Made by a program: the position numbers and the translations under genes
Part shown: positions 24,371-37,309 of the stretch, piece after piece
Layout: every line of letters starts with the position of its first letter
Numbering within the stretch: position 1 is the stretch's first letter
From: Podarcis filfolensis
Lineage: Eukaryota
NCBI GenBank assembly: GCA_964270895.1
Contig: OZ185437.1
Direction: 5' to 3' (one strand)
Length of the DNA: 64,000 nt
Notes under the pieces: model-generated
Database searches by the model: none
The model's input: only the letters and a program-made list of their open reading frames with translations
What the model was told of the DNA's origin: nothing

Positions 24371-25446
24371 TGTACCAGTCTGCAAAACCCAGAACAACTT
24401 AGGCCTAGAATAACTTAAGGACTACCCCACCACATATGTCTCAAGTCAATCACTGAGATCATCTGGCAAAGCACTATGAGTGGTCCTGTTTATGGAACTC
24501 CCTCCTATTAGAGGAAATTTAACATATTAAGGTAGTTTTATTTCAGCGGGGGGCTTTGCACCATGAATGCTATTCTAATGTTCTATTTTCTGATTTTTTT
24601 AAAAAAATCTACATTTTAAATTTTGTATGCTGCATGCTTAGTTTTTTGGTAAGCTGTTTGAGACATGATATGAAAACAGGGTATAAACGTGATAGAATAA
24701 ATAAATGTAGAAGGAGAGAAGAAACTTGGAAGAGAGATTCACATGTGACACGGGAGCAGACAGAATGGGACAACCCAAGTGCTTGTGTTCCCCATCTCCT
24801 TCACACGAAGATGCACAAACACAAAGCCATGTCTGCAAGTGAAGTGTGTGCATCTTAATGCAGACAATGTTATGAAAATCCCTATTTTACTCATGAGGAC
24901 ATATGCCTAAAAATGCAAGTTACTAATTTGTCCCTTCCTGCCCTACGGGAAGGTCGCTTTCTAAACTTGGAGACAGGAAAATATTTTTAGGAACACTTAG
25001 GGGGAGAAGGAAAAGAGCTGGCTTTTGGAAAGCATCAGATCTGGGAAGGTATGTCCCGAAGCCAAAATCAATGTTAAATTGATTCCGATAAGAGTGCGTC
25101 ACAAGAGTCTGCACGCAGATAACGGGAAAAGACCAAGCAGTGAATGCTCAGGAAATGGGTGTCTTTTCCTAAACTTTGCTCTCTCTTTTTGTAAATGTCT
25201 GTTCTGCATACTTTCCTGACCGTATTCCTCCATTTGTTTTACTAAACTGAAGCACTGTATTCTCTTCTTCACTCTACTGGCTCTTGAAGATCATCAATAA
25301 AATACTGAATATTTGAGGTCCAGCTGACTAACTTTTCACAACATGCCTCAAGCAGCTTACTAAAAAACTAAAAATGTGCAAACAAAATTTAAAATGTAGA
25401 TTTTTTTAAAAATCAGAAAATAAAACATTAGAATCACACTTCATAA

Positions 25447-25590
25447 AAACATAGAACTGTAGAGTTGGAAAGGACCCTAATTGGAAAGGACCCTAATTGT
25501 CCAAACCCAAGGAAGAAGAGTTCTCCACCCCAGAGTCCCTTCCACTGCCAAACAGCTCTGACCATCAGAAAGTTCTTCCTGATGTTTAGT
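25447..25590 (-). mobile_element. CR1 3' end fragment
   Basis: CATAGAACTGTAGAGTTGGAAAGGACCC ... AGAAAGTTCTTCCTGATGTTTAG. Confidence 0.75.
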
Positions 25591-27307
25591 CGGCCTTCAT
25601 GTTTCCTCACACGTTGGCAATACAGCCAGCAGCAGCCCACAATCTGTGGGGCTTCCACTCTTCTCTTCCACTGCTGCTCTCAACACTGCCAACTCCATTT
25701 CACCCAAGTCTCATCCATCTCTTACTATATTTAGCATGAGATGTTCCAAATCCCATCTAAGCCATCTGACATAAAATTCCCTCTTCATGCCACAATACCT
25801 GCCAAGGGACATCCTATCAAAAGTAAAGTGTTTCCAGAAATCCATATCTAAACATTTATTGTCATTGTTCAAATCAAGCTTTTGCCATCATACTGAACTA
25901 CAATGCATATGATACAAGTCCAATGAGCTTTTCAATGTGCCACCAATCTGTCAATGAGTTTTAAAACACACAAGTGTCTATTTCCTTCGTCACTTATACC
26001 CCCTCACATAGGTATACTTTGCCTGGTCAGAATGGAGTAAGGGCAGGGTTTCAGTGCTAAACCTTTGCGGCAAGCTAGCATCCACTCCAGAAGAACAAGC
26101 CACCTCCTATTTGTGCTTTAATAATAGGCTTGTGTGCTTATTTTTAGTACCACACACACACTTTAATATGTACCCTAACCATATTCCACAGCCTGCCCTC
26201 TAGGTACTTTAACACTGAAGAATACTCAGCATTCCCAGAATTAAATATTTTGAAGGAGGAGAGATGAAAACGTTCACAGCAATGCATCTCTAAACTTCCC
26301 ATGCACAAAATAGTTTTCAGGGGTTTTTTTATAAGGTGACAAGGCAATAGTTTCAGGAGAACATTTGTTTTACACTTTGACATCCCAGAATCACCAAGTA
26401 GAGATCAAATTTTCAACTGAATTAATTATTTTCTTTTAAGCCAACAAGGTTAAGTGTCTATTGATAATACAAAGCTTGATGCTCAATATATGTAGAGGTG
26501 CATTAAATCCTTGGAGTCCAGTGTGCAAGGGAAATGGTGATGTCCCATTACTTCCCTGACATTTTGCACCTCTTGCTAATAGCACCATTATTGTAACCCA
26601 ATGTACAAGATGCCATTAATGCATTTCTCTGACTGGTACCATTATTTCCAGTGGAAAGGTAAGGCCAGTTTGCATGACATGATTTAAGCCTCGACAAAGA
26701 AGCACGCATATAGCACATGGTGTCATAAATCTTAGCAGGGGGCTGTCAACTAAAATGGAAACCTTTTATCTGACCTGCCCCTTCCCCCATACATACACAC
26801 ATACATGCTACTTGGGTTTCAGTTAGCAAACACAAGTTTCTTTAAGCCACAAATACGCACGAGGCAGTCACTTAGGTGGCCTAGTCACTAGGCAGCACCA
26901 TGGTCAGAAGAGAGCGTTCTTCTATGAACAGAAAGGACCTGCCATTCAAGCTAAAGCAGATTTTATGTTCAGGAAACTCATGGTGCAAATCAACCAGGTT
27001 CTGGGGTATGATTTAGGAATAATCTCTCCAAGAGCCCATCCAGAAATTATGTCTCTGCTGTTATGGAGCTAACAGTATTGCATAGATATACAATAGGGAG
27101 CTATGCGGGTTGGTAATATAACTCTGCAAAATACAGAATTCCTAAATTGTCTCCAAATTATTTGACATGCAGATGGTGCAAGATAACCTGGAAAAGTACT
27201 GGTGGCCTGGAAATAGTGAATAAGGAAAGTTGTATATGCAGTTATTAATCTCTGATAGCTCATTCACACATGCATTTGATGCTACATTCAACAAGCTGTG
27301 AATGCCT

Positions 27308-27785
27308 GGATAGCTTAGTTCAGGGGTAGGCAACCTAAAGCCCATGGGCTGGATCCGGCCCAATCGCCTTCTAAATCTGGCCCACAGACAGTCCGGGAAT
27401 CAGTGTGTTTTGACATGAGTAGATTGTGTCCTTTTATTTAAAATGCATCTCTGGATTATTTGTGGGGCCTGCCTGGTGTTTTTACATGAGTAGAATGTGT
27501 GCTTTTATTTAAAATGCATCTCTGGGTTATTTGTGGGGCATAGGAATTTGTTCATTTCCCCCCCCCAAAAAAATATAGTCTGGCCCACCACATGGTCTGA
27601 GGGACGGTGGACCGGCCCACGGCTGAAAAAGGTTGCTGACCCCTGGCTTAGTTGGTTAGAGTGTGGTGCTGATAATGCCAAGGTTGCAGGTTCGATCCCC
27701 ATATGGGACAATTGCATATTCCTGCATTGCAGGGGGTGGACTAGATGATCCTCAGGGTCCCCCAACACTACAATTCTGTTATCTA
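27308..27785 (+). mobile_element. tRNA-Ile-like SINE with CR1 tail, split by a hAT MITE
   Basis: GGATAGCTTAGTT|GGTTAGAGTGTGGTGCTGATAATGCCAAGGTTGCAGGTTCGATCCCC; CR1-type tail. Confidence 0.78.
27321..27645. mobile_element. hAT MITE with internal ~65-bp duplication
   Basis: CAGGGGTAGGCAA ... TTGCTGACCCCTG; perfect TSD GCTTAGTT. Confidence 0.9.
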
Positions 27786-28355
27786 TGACCTATGAACCAG
27801 CCCGTGATGATGGGGAGAATCTGAACATTCTTCCAAACAAGACTCTAAGAAACTATCACTACTGGGAAGAGAGATTGCTCAGTTGCTTCTTGTTTTTTGA
27901 AATAGTTATACCCTACCCTTTTCATATTGTTCAAGGCAATTTACAGAAATAGTAGACATGTAACACAATTGTCTGCATCTAATGTAGCACTAAGGGGAAC
28001 ACCTTCCATTAGTGCAAGGATTTCCTCTTGCATAATGGAACATTCCCCCCACTTCCCCACTCAATCTGACCTGGGTTCCCCCACACAGCCCCCCAGATCA
28101 GATCTGGGAACTTTGCAGGGCATGTCTTGCAAACGGAGGGGGGATCCTGTTGCGCTAGCACTAATCCTGGCACTAGCACAACTATTTACTTGAATACTTC
28201 CTATTAAAACAGCGACGTACTGTATAAAAGAAAATCAATAAAAGCCAGCAATGAGTTTAAAAGCAGCTGCAGTTTTTTTTTGGAGGCGGGGGAGAGCAGC
28301 ACAAAACACAACAAATGCCAAATAGGGGGAAAGGTGGGAGCATGACATTACAGTA

Positions 28356-28705
28356 AAAGGTAAAGGTAAAGGGACCCCTGACCATTAGGTCCAGTCGTGA
28401 CCGACTCTGGGGTTGCGGCACTCATCTCGCTTTAGTGGCCGAGGGAGCCGGCGTACAGCTCGGTCATGTGGGCAGCCTAAGCCGCTTCTGGCGAACCAGA
28501 GCAGCACACGGAAACACCATTTACCTTCCCGCCGGAGCAGTACCTATTTATCTACTTGCAGTTTGAGGTGCTTTCAAACTGCTAGGTTGGCAGGAACAGG
28601 GACCAATAAACAGGAGCTCACCCCGTCGCGGGGATTTGAACCGCCAACCTTCTGATCAGCAAGTCCTAGGCTCTGTGGTTTAACCCACAGCGCCACCCGC
28701 GTCCC
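28356..28705 (-). mobile_element. Sauria SINE, full length
   Basis: Same head and (ACCTTT)n tail as 15344-15709. Confidence 0.92.
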
Positions 28706-29263
28706 TTGCAATTACTGTAGGCAACACTAAAAACCAGCTGCAGCAGGCCAAAGGTCTTCCTAAATGAGAAGGTTTTAATGGTGCAGTTGAAGGCCACCAA
28801 AGACGACTCAAGACTCCTTAAGTGGGGAATTCAAAAGTTTAGGCACAGTAGCAGTGAACACCAACCTTGTCCCACCCAAATATGGGTTTGGAACTCAGAA
28901 GAGGGTTTCCACGGATATCTTAAAAAAACAGGCAGGCTTTTGTGGGAGAAGCTATTTCTTATCTCCACCTGCTATTTAAGGTAAATAAATATACGCAACA
29001 TTAGAACAGATTATTAATTTGCACTGAGGACAAGTCAGTTGGAGTAATTTTAAACTGACCAGATGTTAATCCTAGACTGAGGGGCAGGGAGAGCTTTAGA
29101 GCACATTCAAAGTACATTTTCCCCCTAAAAGAATTTTGGGCGCTGCCAGTTGTGAGGGCTAAACGTTAGTGCCCAGTATTCTTTGAGGGCCAGCATGTGC
29201 TTCAAGTGTGCTTTAAAGATATAGCGCGTACACAAGATGCCAACCAGTAATATCACTTTATTA

Positions 29264-29759
29264 CCGTATTTTTCCGTGTATAAGACGCCCCCTACTTTTG
29301 GGGATCCCAAATTAAGAAAATGGGGAGAGATGGCCCAGAGTTGTTGAGCTTTTTGGGGGCAGGATTGCCAAAGTTGAGGGGTTTTTTTTGAGAGGAATGC
29401 CCCGAAAATCAGTCACCCAACACTGCCAATCACACGCATCACAGGAGAAAACAAGCGTCTGCCCGCTAGCCGCCAGCAGCAGCCAACTGCACACACAATT
29501 GCCACAGCGGATGCCAATCCACAGCAGCCTTTGACACAACCACCCATCAGCCACCAAATTGATGCCCCAGCAGCCAATCCGAAGCAGCCCTAGTAGCAGC
29601 CAACAATCACTCACCCAATCACCGCTGATAAGCTCCTGCTCGCAGCTGCAACCAATCACCCGTCCAGCATATGCACTATCTGTGTATAAGATGCCCCCTG
29701 ATTTTTAAGCTTATTTTACAGTAACCCCCCCCCCCCGTCTTATACACAGAATAGTACGG
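29264..29759. mobile_element. Tc1/pogo-type MITE
   Basis: TA|CCGTATTTTTCCGTGTATAAGAC ... GTCTTATACACAGAATAGTACGG|TA. Confidence 0.8.
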
Positions 29760-30818
29760 TATTTCACAGTCTATGCACTAGCAAAAAGATGTAAGGGAGC
29801 AAGCAACTGGAGTCAAGTAAAATGTTATTTATTCATTTATTTGATAGGAGAGATACCTTACATTACATTTACACTACATTTGCCTAAATAACACCACCAA
29901 ATCTAGTAAGTTCATACTCATAAAGGTGATTTTTTAAATTAAAAAAGCATTCACACTGCCACACACGGAATATAGAGCCATATGGACGCGCTGTTAAGAC
30001 CGTATTCACGGAAGACAATCTTACTCAGCTACGAGTGATTGCCAAAGAAGAAGAGGATAGAGCCATAACCAGGTAATGCAAAATCAGCTGTGTGGGCAGC
30101 TACCATCTCTGGGAGAACAAGGGAAGGCAAAGAAGGAGAGGCTGAGAGAGATAAGGTATCTGTTCTTCTCAGAGCATGCAGGGACACAAAACCAACTTCA
30201 TATTTATTTATTTATTTATTTATTAATCAAATGATGCGATTTTCAAGTTGATTTGGGTTCCAGTGTGGAGCAGTACCAAAACAGAGTTCTCTAGAATTGT
30301 AACTGTCATTTCCCCTCAATAAATAAATGTGGCAGAAGTCTTTAAGGTCTGCCCAGCTACCCCACATAGCCATAAAGAGAAGCGTTGTCACTGGCCTGTT
30401 TCAACTGGTAAGCAGCCCGTAAAGAATGATAAGTTTCCATAATGGCTCAAAAAAGGCCCCATAATAATCTGTGATCAGGATCTCTGATTCGAGCAACAGA
30501 GACAGGAAGAAGTATCGAATTAGGAAGAGTGCTTGCATTTGTAAGAAAAGGCTTTGCAAAAATAAAAAGATAACAATAAGCTATAAAGGGCAATTAAAAG
30601 AAATAGGGCAGGTCTCATTCATATTTGATAAACCATATGACTAACCATCATTTCCACTGCTGTGCATTAGAAATGCTATTCAAAGTTGGATAGCGGTTAA
30701 AATTATATATTGCCTCTGCCTGGCCTAAATTGTTTTTTTTTCCCTCTTAAATGTACACAATATTACAAATTTAATTTTAAGCTGTTTGAATCAGTCTATA
30801 AAAAAGATTTGATTATAC

Positions 30819-30870
30819 CTGAGTGTTCTGGCCCCGCTCTTTCCATATCTCAGTAATCTTGGCGGTAATT
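30819..30870 (-). CDS. PKHD1: PKHD1 exon 35 equivalent, 3' part only (5' part in N-gap)
   Basis: ITAKITEIWKERGQNTQ|gtataa resembles human ITVKITEIRKRWGQNTQ; acceptor falls in gap 30871-31058. Confidence 0.88.
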
Positions 30871-31058
30871 NNNNNNNNNNNNNNNNNNNNNNNNNNNNNN
30901 NNNNNNNNNNNNNNNNNNNNNNNNNNNNNNNNNNNNNNNNNNNNNNNNNNNNNNNNNNNNNNNNNNNNNNNNNNNNNNNNNNNNNNNNNNNNNNNNNNNN
31001 NNNNNNNNNNNNNNNNNNNNNNNNNNNNNNNNNNNNNNNNNNNNNNNNNNNNNNNNNN
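30871..31058. other. Assembly gap (N run)
   Basis: 188 Ns overlapping PKHD1 exon 35. Confidence 0.99.
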
Positions 31059-32585
31059 CTTGTGGCAACTGCAGGCCACCATTTGTCAAACTTTGCAAAT
31101 TTCTGTAATTTTGTTTCCATTCTTTTATTGTTTATTTGTTTTGCCTCCCCACCCCCTTTATCTACAAACCCTCTCAACAAAAATACACATAGGAAATGTT
31201 TTTCAGTGATGCCATTCTGCCCGCCGATCAAAACGTATGTACACATTCAGTTCCAGGACGGAGCAAACACAAGAACGGACAACTAAAGACAACAGACACT
31301 GCTTGAGTCAAAAATGGCAGCAAACCCCAGGTAGCGCTTGTCTCCTTTCCCTCTCTTACTCACACTTAATCCTGGGGAATGAATAACTTGCAACTCCCTT
31401 AGGGCAAGCGCAGAAATTGGAAAAACCACACAACTGGCTAACTGGTCTCTAATTCCAACTGTGAAAAAATGAGCTCATTTAGGGTTCCAATTCCTGCTAC
31501 CCAGCTGATAGCAATGATGTTTTCTTGCTAGCACTGGAACATTAACTTAGTAAATTAATTAAACTTACTTAACAGCCCAGGCTAAGCAGATTCGATATAT
31601 GTGCCAGTTAGTTTAACAGGCCGCTTTCCCCCCCGAAATCTCTTCTCTCATTGGGAAGTGGGAGATGGGGTGGGGAGAAGTAATAATAATGGAAATAGCA
31701 AAGGGGTGCTCTTAATTAGGCCGGCTTGCTAACAGCTGCTCACTTGTGTGGGGAACTTCTAAAGTTCTAGTATCTATTTCCACCTACCAAAGCAACCATT
31801 TTCATTCCTTTCAGCTGCCTTAAAAACCTCAGATTTACTTGCCCCTAACACTCTATGTTTTGGGGGTTTATTTCCCCCCCCCAAAAAAAAATCTGCGTTT
31901 TTCCTCACAGGAGAGAGAAAAGCGCCACAGCTGCCCATCTGGGTGGTGATGGTTTTGCAGGATTTGTCTGCTTTAACAGTATATACATGGCGAGCAGACC
32001 TTCAGCAGATAAAACTTTTTTCCTTACAGATACAGGGATGCTGTCGCTTGGGATGCACAGGAGCCCTATTAGCAAAGCAGCTGGCATCCCGACTGAGCTT
32101 CTTGTGTTCCCAACAGTATCCTGAGAAACAGAAACAGACATTTTGGAAATTCTCCCACAGATAATGAGACTGGTACAAAGCAAGCAGGCCTCACGTATCT
32201 TCCAACAGTTACAGAAAGTCCAGAATTTGGCAGGTGCTGCTCTTTTTGCCCTGCAAGACAAAAGTGCTTGCCAAAATCCAGTGGATCTAAAGTTGCCAGA
32301 GCCCCAGGCCCATCCCACCCCCCGTAACGGCCCACCCTGGGGCCATTACACTGACTACCACTTACAGGAGATCTGGCAGAGGGCGTTTATCCTGCCCTCT
32401 TGGGCAGAGCTGGGAACAGCTCCCTATCAGGGCCACTCCTCTCCAGGAGGGCTGCCATCGCTCTGTCACATGCATGGAGGCAGCAGGAGTGAGAGGCAGC
32501 CACTGTGCCTGGAGTTGATAACCTTTTTAAATGGCCCTGCTACTGTGCTTCCAACAGACGCCTGGCAACACATATTTAGCATATA

Positions 32586-32993
32586 GCGTATTTTTCCATG
32601 TATTAGACAAGGGTTTTTTTATTTTAAAATCTTTTTAAAAATGTTGGCTCGTTTTATGCACAGGTAGTGCTGAGGTGGATGTGTGATTGGCTGCAGCTGC
32701 GAGTTGGAGATTCTATGCGGTGATCTAGTGGCTGATTGGTGGTTGTGTGAAGGGTTGTGGGGGGTGATTGGCTGCCACTGAGGCAATTGGCCAGCATGTG
32801 ATTGTCAGCGTCTGTTCAGCAGGGGTGAGCGATTTTCGGCATTCCCACCCCCCAAAAAAGCTCAGCAACTCTGGGCAATTCCCCTAAAAAAAGCTCAACA
32901 ACTCTTGGCAATCTCCCCCCGTTTTCTTTTTGAGTCCCCCAAAATAGTAGGGGATGTCTTATACTCAGGCGTGTTACACACGGAAAAATACAG
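32586..32993. mobile_element. Tc1/pogo-type MITE, inverted relative to 29264-29759
   Basis: CGTATTTTTCCATGTATTAGAC ... CACACGGAAAAATACAG; internal similarity in reverse complement. Confidence 0.75.
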
Positions 32994-33885
32994 TATGTTT
33001 GCAAAGATGAAACCCAGAAATGCCCATCTTTACATTTAAAAAATCTGCTCCTGTATAAGGACACTGAGTAACCTTGATTTCTGGCATTTCCCTCCCATTT
33101 TGTTACGAACAGGAATTCAGGTGAGTTGCAAGGGAGGGAAGAACCCTTAAAAGGTTGGGAGCTACAACAGCTGCTGAAAATCCAACTTCAGCAGTAGATT
33201 TGAAGGCAAAATGGGAGTCTCTTGATTTACAACCTGGCAACTCTAATCAGAAGTGTTTACTTCTTATGCACTGTTAAAACACAGGACTTGAACAAGTAAA
33301 AATTGTAGTGTATATCCGTCAATAATGTAGTCAGTTCCCCAAACACCCGACCATTGTTACCACAAGGAGGAATTGGTACCAAATAATTCACATGCATCAG
33401 TAACACTGGATCTTAAGCCAACAGCAACCCTGCTGGTCAGTAAGCGATGAATAAACACTGAATGGGCACTCTAAATATTGCTTAGGTTGTTGACTTAAAG
33501 TAGTGAGGGGGGGTCATTTTTCTGCTTTTCAAAATCCCTAATCTTTCCCCCCCAGTGGCATTCACCAGATGTTGCTTTGGATCAGAATACACACACAGGA
33601 ACAAAGTAAAATGTTTACTAGATGGATCAGCTGGTGTCCCTCAGACTCAAATAATACTTTAAAAAGACAAAGAAAGAGATGCTTTGATATCAACAATGAA
33701 TGGATTTCACGTTCAGTCAGGCAGATCTCTCTGCAGGCCAAAGCACACTCTGCTATCGCCAGGCTAGCAAGTGCAGTGACATGCCTGTTCCCCAGTTTGA
33801 AACCCGTCCCTACAAAACTCGAGTGCTCCTTACAAAACAGTGCGCTGGAGTCCAGCCACTGTCGGGCAGAAGGATCATGTCTAAC

Positions 33886-34120
33886 CTGATAAAAAGGCCA
33901 GCAAAATGGATGCCAGATGAATTGACAGCAGCCTTGCGAGGTAGCGAAGAGGAACACGTTGAATCGTCACAAAGGTATCGGTACGGTGTGGCTGCCGTCA
34001 CAACAGAAGCGCTTGCTCTGATTCGGATGTCACACTGGATCAGAGCTGCACCTGGCTGCTTCCAGTCATCTCCCTTCTCTTCCAAAGAGCATGTCAAGCT
34101 GCACAGAACTGCTATGGAAG
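33886..34120 (-). CDS. PKHD1: PKHD1 exon 34 equivalent (235 bp)
   Basis: SIAVLCSL...ALIQCDIRI...PYRYLCDDS...HFAGLFI; cttctccag|CT ... ATCAG|gttaga; phase 1 to 2. Confidence 0.88.
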
Positions 34121-34814
34121 CTGGAGAAGAGAGAGGGAAATCACCAGCCATCAATATTAGTTTGGCACCGCCACTTTTCTTTGGTGAGGCTTGCTCCTGT
34201 TTGCCTTGCAAAAAGTGATGGGGATAGTTTAGTAGCTCACTCAGTTGGTTTGTCACGCTACTGCTAAAAACACAAGGAGGAAGGAGAGTTAAAAGTCGCC
34301 AGCCTTGAATAAGTAAGCACTTTCATTAACTATTTTCTTATCCCAGCTTTGTTACTATTCACATTAAAGCTTTCTCAGGGTGGAATGATTTTGCTGTATT
34401 TTGCCATTGGGTATCACTTGGACTGAAGGGCAGCATGGAAACTTATCCAATGAAAATAAACAAACTACGCTTCACATGCGTTCCACCATTCTTTCTAGAC
34501 TTTTGTTTAATAAAATGCAGCCATTGAGTCTGCAATTTGGAGGAGGAAATGGATCCAGATAGGTCAAGCCCCCCCCCCAAAAAACCCATTTGTTTTTATC
34601 ACAATTGGTGCATACTATGTGTTTTCCATCATAGGGGTATAAAAACTGCTGCAGGTAATAGTAGGAAGGTGATATAAGGAGAAGGGGCAAAGAAGCCTCT
34701 CTTCCCCCCTTCAAACTGTGGCCTTAACAACTGAATTTTGCTTTCTAAAAATCTGTAGTGTAAAAAAGAACTACACAACCAGCACTTCAGCCTTCAGTCA
34801 CTGATTAGCTAAGG

Positions 34815-35138
34815 CAGGGGTCAACAAACTTTTTCAGCAGGGGGCCGGTCCACTGTCCCTCAGACCTTGTGGGGGGCCAGACTATATTTTGAAAAAAATA
34901 ATAATGAATGAATTCCTATGCCCCACAAATAACCCAGAGATGCATTTTAAATAAAAGGACACATTCTACTCAAGTAAAAACACCAGGCAGGCCCCACAAA
35001 TAACCCAGAGATGCATTTTAAATAAAAGGAAACATTCTACTCATCTAAAAACACACTGATTCCCGGACCGTCCAGGGGCCAGATTGAGAAGGCGATTGGG
35101 CCACATCTGGCCCCTGGGCCTTAGTTTGCCTACCCATG
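34815..35138. mobile_element. hAT MITE, same family as 27321-27645, opposite orientation
   Basis: CAGGGGTCAACAA ... TTGCCTACCCATG; TSD AGCTAAGG/ATCTAAGG. Confidence 0.88.
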
Positions 35139-36253
35139 ATCTAAGGTCATAAAGTATTTGGATATTTGAATAACACCCATATTCACAATAGTTTTAGTAG
35201 ATGTACATGCATTATAGCTGGTCAGATATTCATAATTAGAGAAAATGTCCAAAATCCATAGGCAGGGAATGTCTTTGAGGTATAGGGTTGGAAGGGACCC
35301 CGAAGGTCAGTCTAGTCCAGCCCCCTGCAATCCTGGATTATGCAGGTGGCCCATATGGGCTGGGTGCTACACAGATTAGGAGTTTGGGGTTGGGGGCAGT
35401 GAGGAGGGACAAAAATACAAAAAATAGTGTGACTGTTGAAGCTTTGTTGTTTCTCTCCCCTCATCTCCCAACTCCTATTTAACATCCAGCCTGATGAAGA
35501 GCAAAGCATGCTTGCTATTTGGTGCCATTTGGGTTGGCCCTCTTAATAACTGTACAGACTTAAGCCTCTGGGCAAATGCAAATGTCTTTGTCTGGTGCTG
35601 AAAGATGCCAGGCATACCTGTTCTGGGAGGGCAATCTCAGCACTGCAGAGAGTGGGCAGGGAGAGAGAGAAAGGAAAGTCACACACCCTCTGAGCCCTTG
35701 CAAGGTCTCTAACCAACAGCCCTGTGCAAAAGTGACTCAAAATGCAACTTACCTGTTCCACTTCCTTGGCTTACGCACAAGACTTGAGCCAAGTTGACAA
35801 GGACTTTTTACAATGCCCTTGCTTGAACCCACATACCTTCCTCCTCCTTCTCACTGCCTTAGCTCAGGTGTCATTGACAGCGGCAGGCTCACACGTTGCA
35901 ACACGTGGAATTTTTCTCTCCCCAAACATCCCTTCAAATTTCCATGTCATGAAAAGATTCACCAGTTTAACCAACCTCTGTCAACTTGTTGAAGACACCA
36001 TAAAAGAGGCAGTAGCAAAAAAGAAAGAAAGAAAAGGGTGAACCCTCAGCCTGCAACATGTAAAGCAGCTCAAAGTGTCTCTGGGAACTTTCCCCTCAAG
36101 TCCCTTTTCAGAAATTAGCTACTGGTCACGTTCACACACAGCAGTCCTTCACCCATGTCATTTACAAGACTAACCGGGTGAAAGTGATGAGAAGCAAGTA
36201 CTAGTAATCCATAGTAAACGCTCTGGCAATTCGCCACAACTTCAACTGGACTA

Positions 36254-36494
36254 CAGTCGCACCTTGGTTGACGAACGCCTTGCAAGTCAAACATTTTGGC
36301 TCCCGGACAACGCAAACCTGGAAGCAAGTGTTCTGGTTTGCAAGCGTTCTTTGGAACTGGAACGTCCAACGGGGCTTCTGATTGGCTGCAGGAGCTTCCT
36401 GTAGCCAATCGGAAGCCACGCCTTGGTTTCCGAACGTTTTGGAAGTCAATTGGACTTCCAGAATGGATTCCGTTCGACTTCTGAGGTACAACTG
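36254..36494. mobile_element. Tc1/mariner-type MITE
   Basis: TA|CAGTCGCACCTT ... GAGGTACAACTG|TA; near-palindromic. Confidence 0.75.
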
Positions 36495-37179
36495 TATATA
36501 TTTCTTAAGTCCCAGACATGTGATATCATTTCTATACTTCCAAAACACATTTTCAACTGCAGGTGCAAAGAAATTGCAAGAAAAATAAGCTCTTCAATTT
36601 TCACTCAGTCCTAACAAAAACATCATGACAGCCCTAAGAGTCGAAAATGCATTTTCATGCAAAAAAGAAATTGAGCAGCACCAATATCACATAATCAGCA
36701 TATAGCAATGTGTTCTCTCCATGTTTAGTTTGCAGGCTCTGGTCCTACAAATGCTGCCAAATCCTGTGTCCGACTTCACTAGAATGATTAGCAAGAGAAA
36801 TGTTTGCCATGGGCTTTGTCTAAGGAAATCAACTGAAAGCACTGCAGCTCATGTCTAGAACCAAAGTTCTTATGATAGCCACACAAACTCCTCTCACTGC
36901 TGGGACATTTTTGCTATGTATGTGGCACACATTCAGTTGCCCCTGGCTATTCTCCTAATGGGTCACATAAACCAGAGGTGGGCAATCTTTTTTCTCTCTG
37001 CATTCCTTCAAGGTCAGAGCTGATAATGGAAACAGCCAGATCCAAAAGCATTCTGTATTAACTAACATGAAATAAAGTCCAACTTGTTTCAGTTTTCAGC
37101 ATGGCTGTTTCAGATAAGGGTGTGGGAGGTGAGAGACAGTGCAACAGATCAATACAGCTACTGTTCTGGAAAGCAAGTG

Positions 37180-37309
37180 NNNNNNNNNNNNNNNNNNNNN
37201 NNNNNNNNNNNNNNNNNNNNNNNNNNNNNNNNNNNNNNNNNNNNNNNNNNNNNNNNNNNNNNNNNNNNNNNNNNNNNNNNNNNNNNNNNNNNNNNNNNNN
37301 NNNNNNNNN
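37180..37309. other. Assembly gap (N run)
   Basis: 130 Ns, intronic. Confidence 0.99.

Noticed and set aside
27646-27710. tRNA-Ile gene
   Set aside because: Degenerate, split by a MITE and followed by a CR1 tail; it is a SINE.
29950-30075. CpG-containing exon-like stretch ending AG|GTAATG on the plus strand
   Set aside because: No good acceptor, unrecognised peptide, and minus-strand frames contain stops.
32143-32586. 147-aa plus-strand ORF MEILPQIMRLVQ...
   Set aside because: No recognisable domain or splice/promoter context; within chance length.
33569-34218. Plus-strand ORFs of 106 and 172 aa
   Set aside because: Overlap or shadow PKHD1 exon 34; no homology or promoter evidence.
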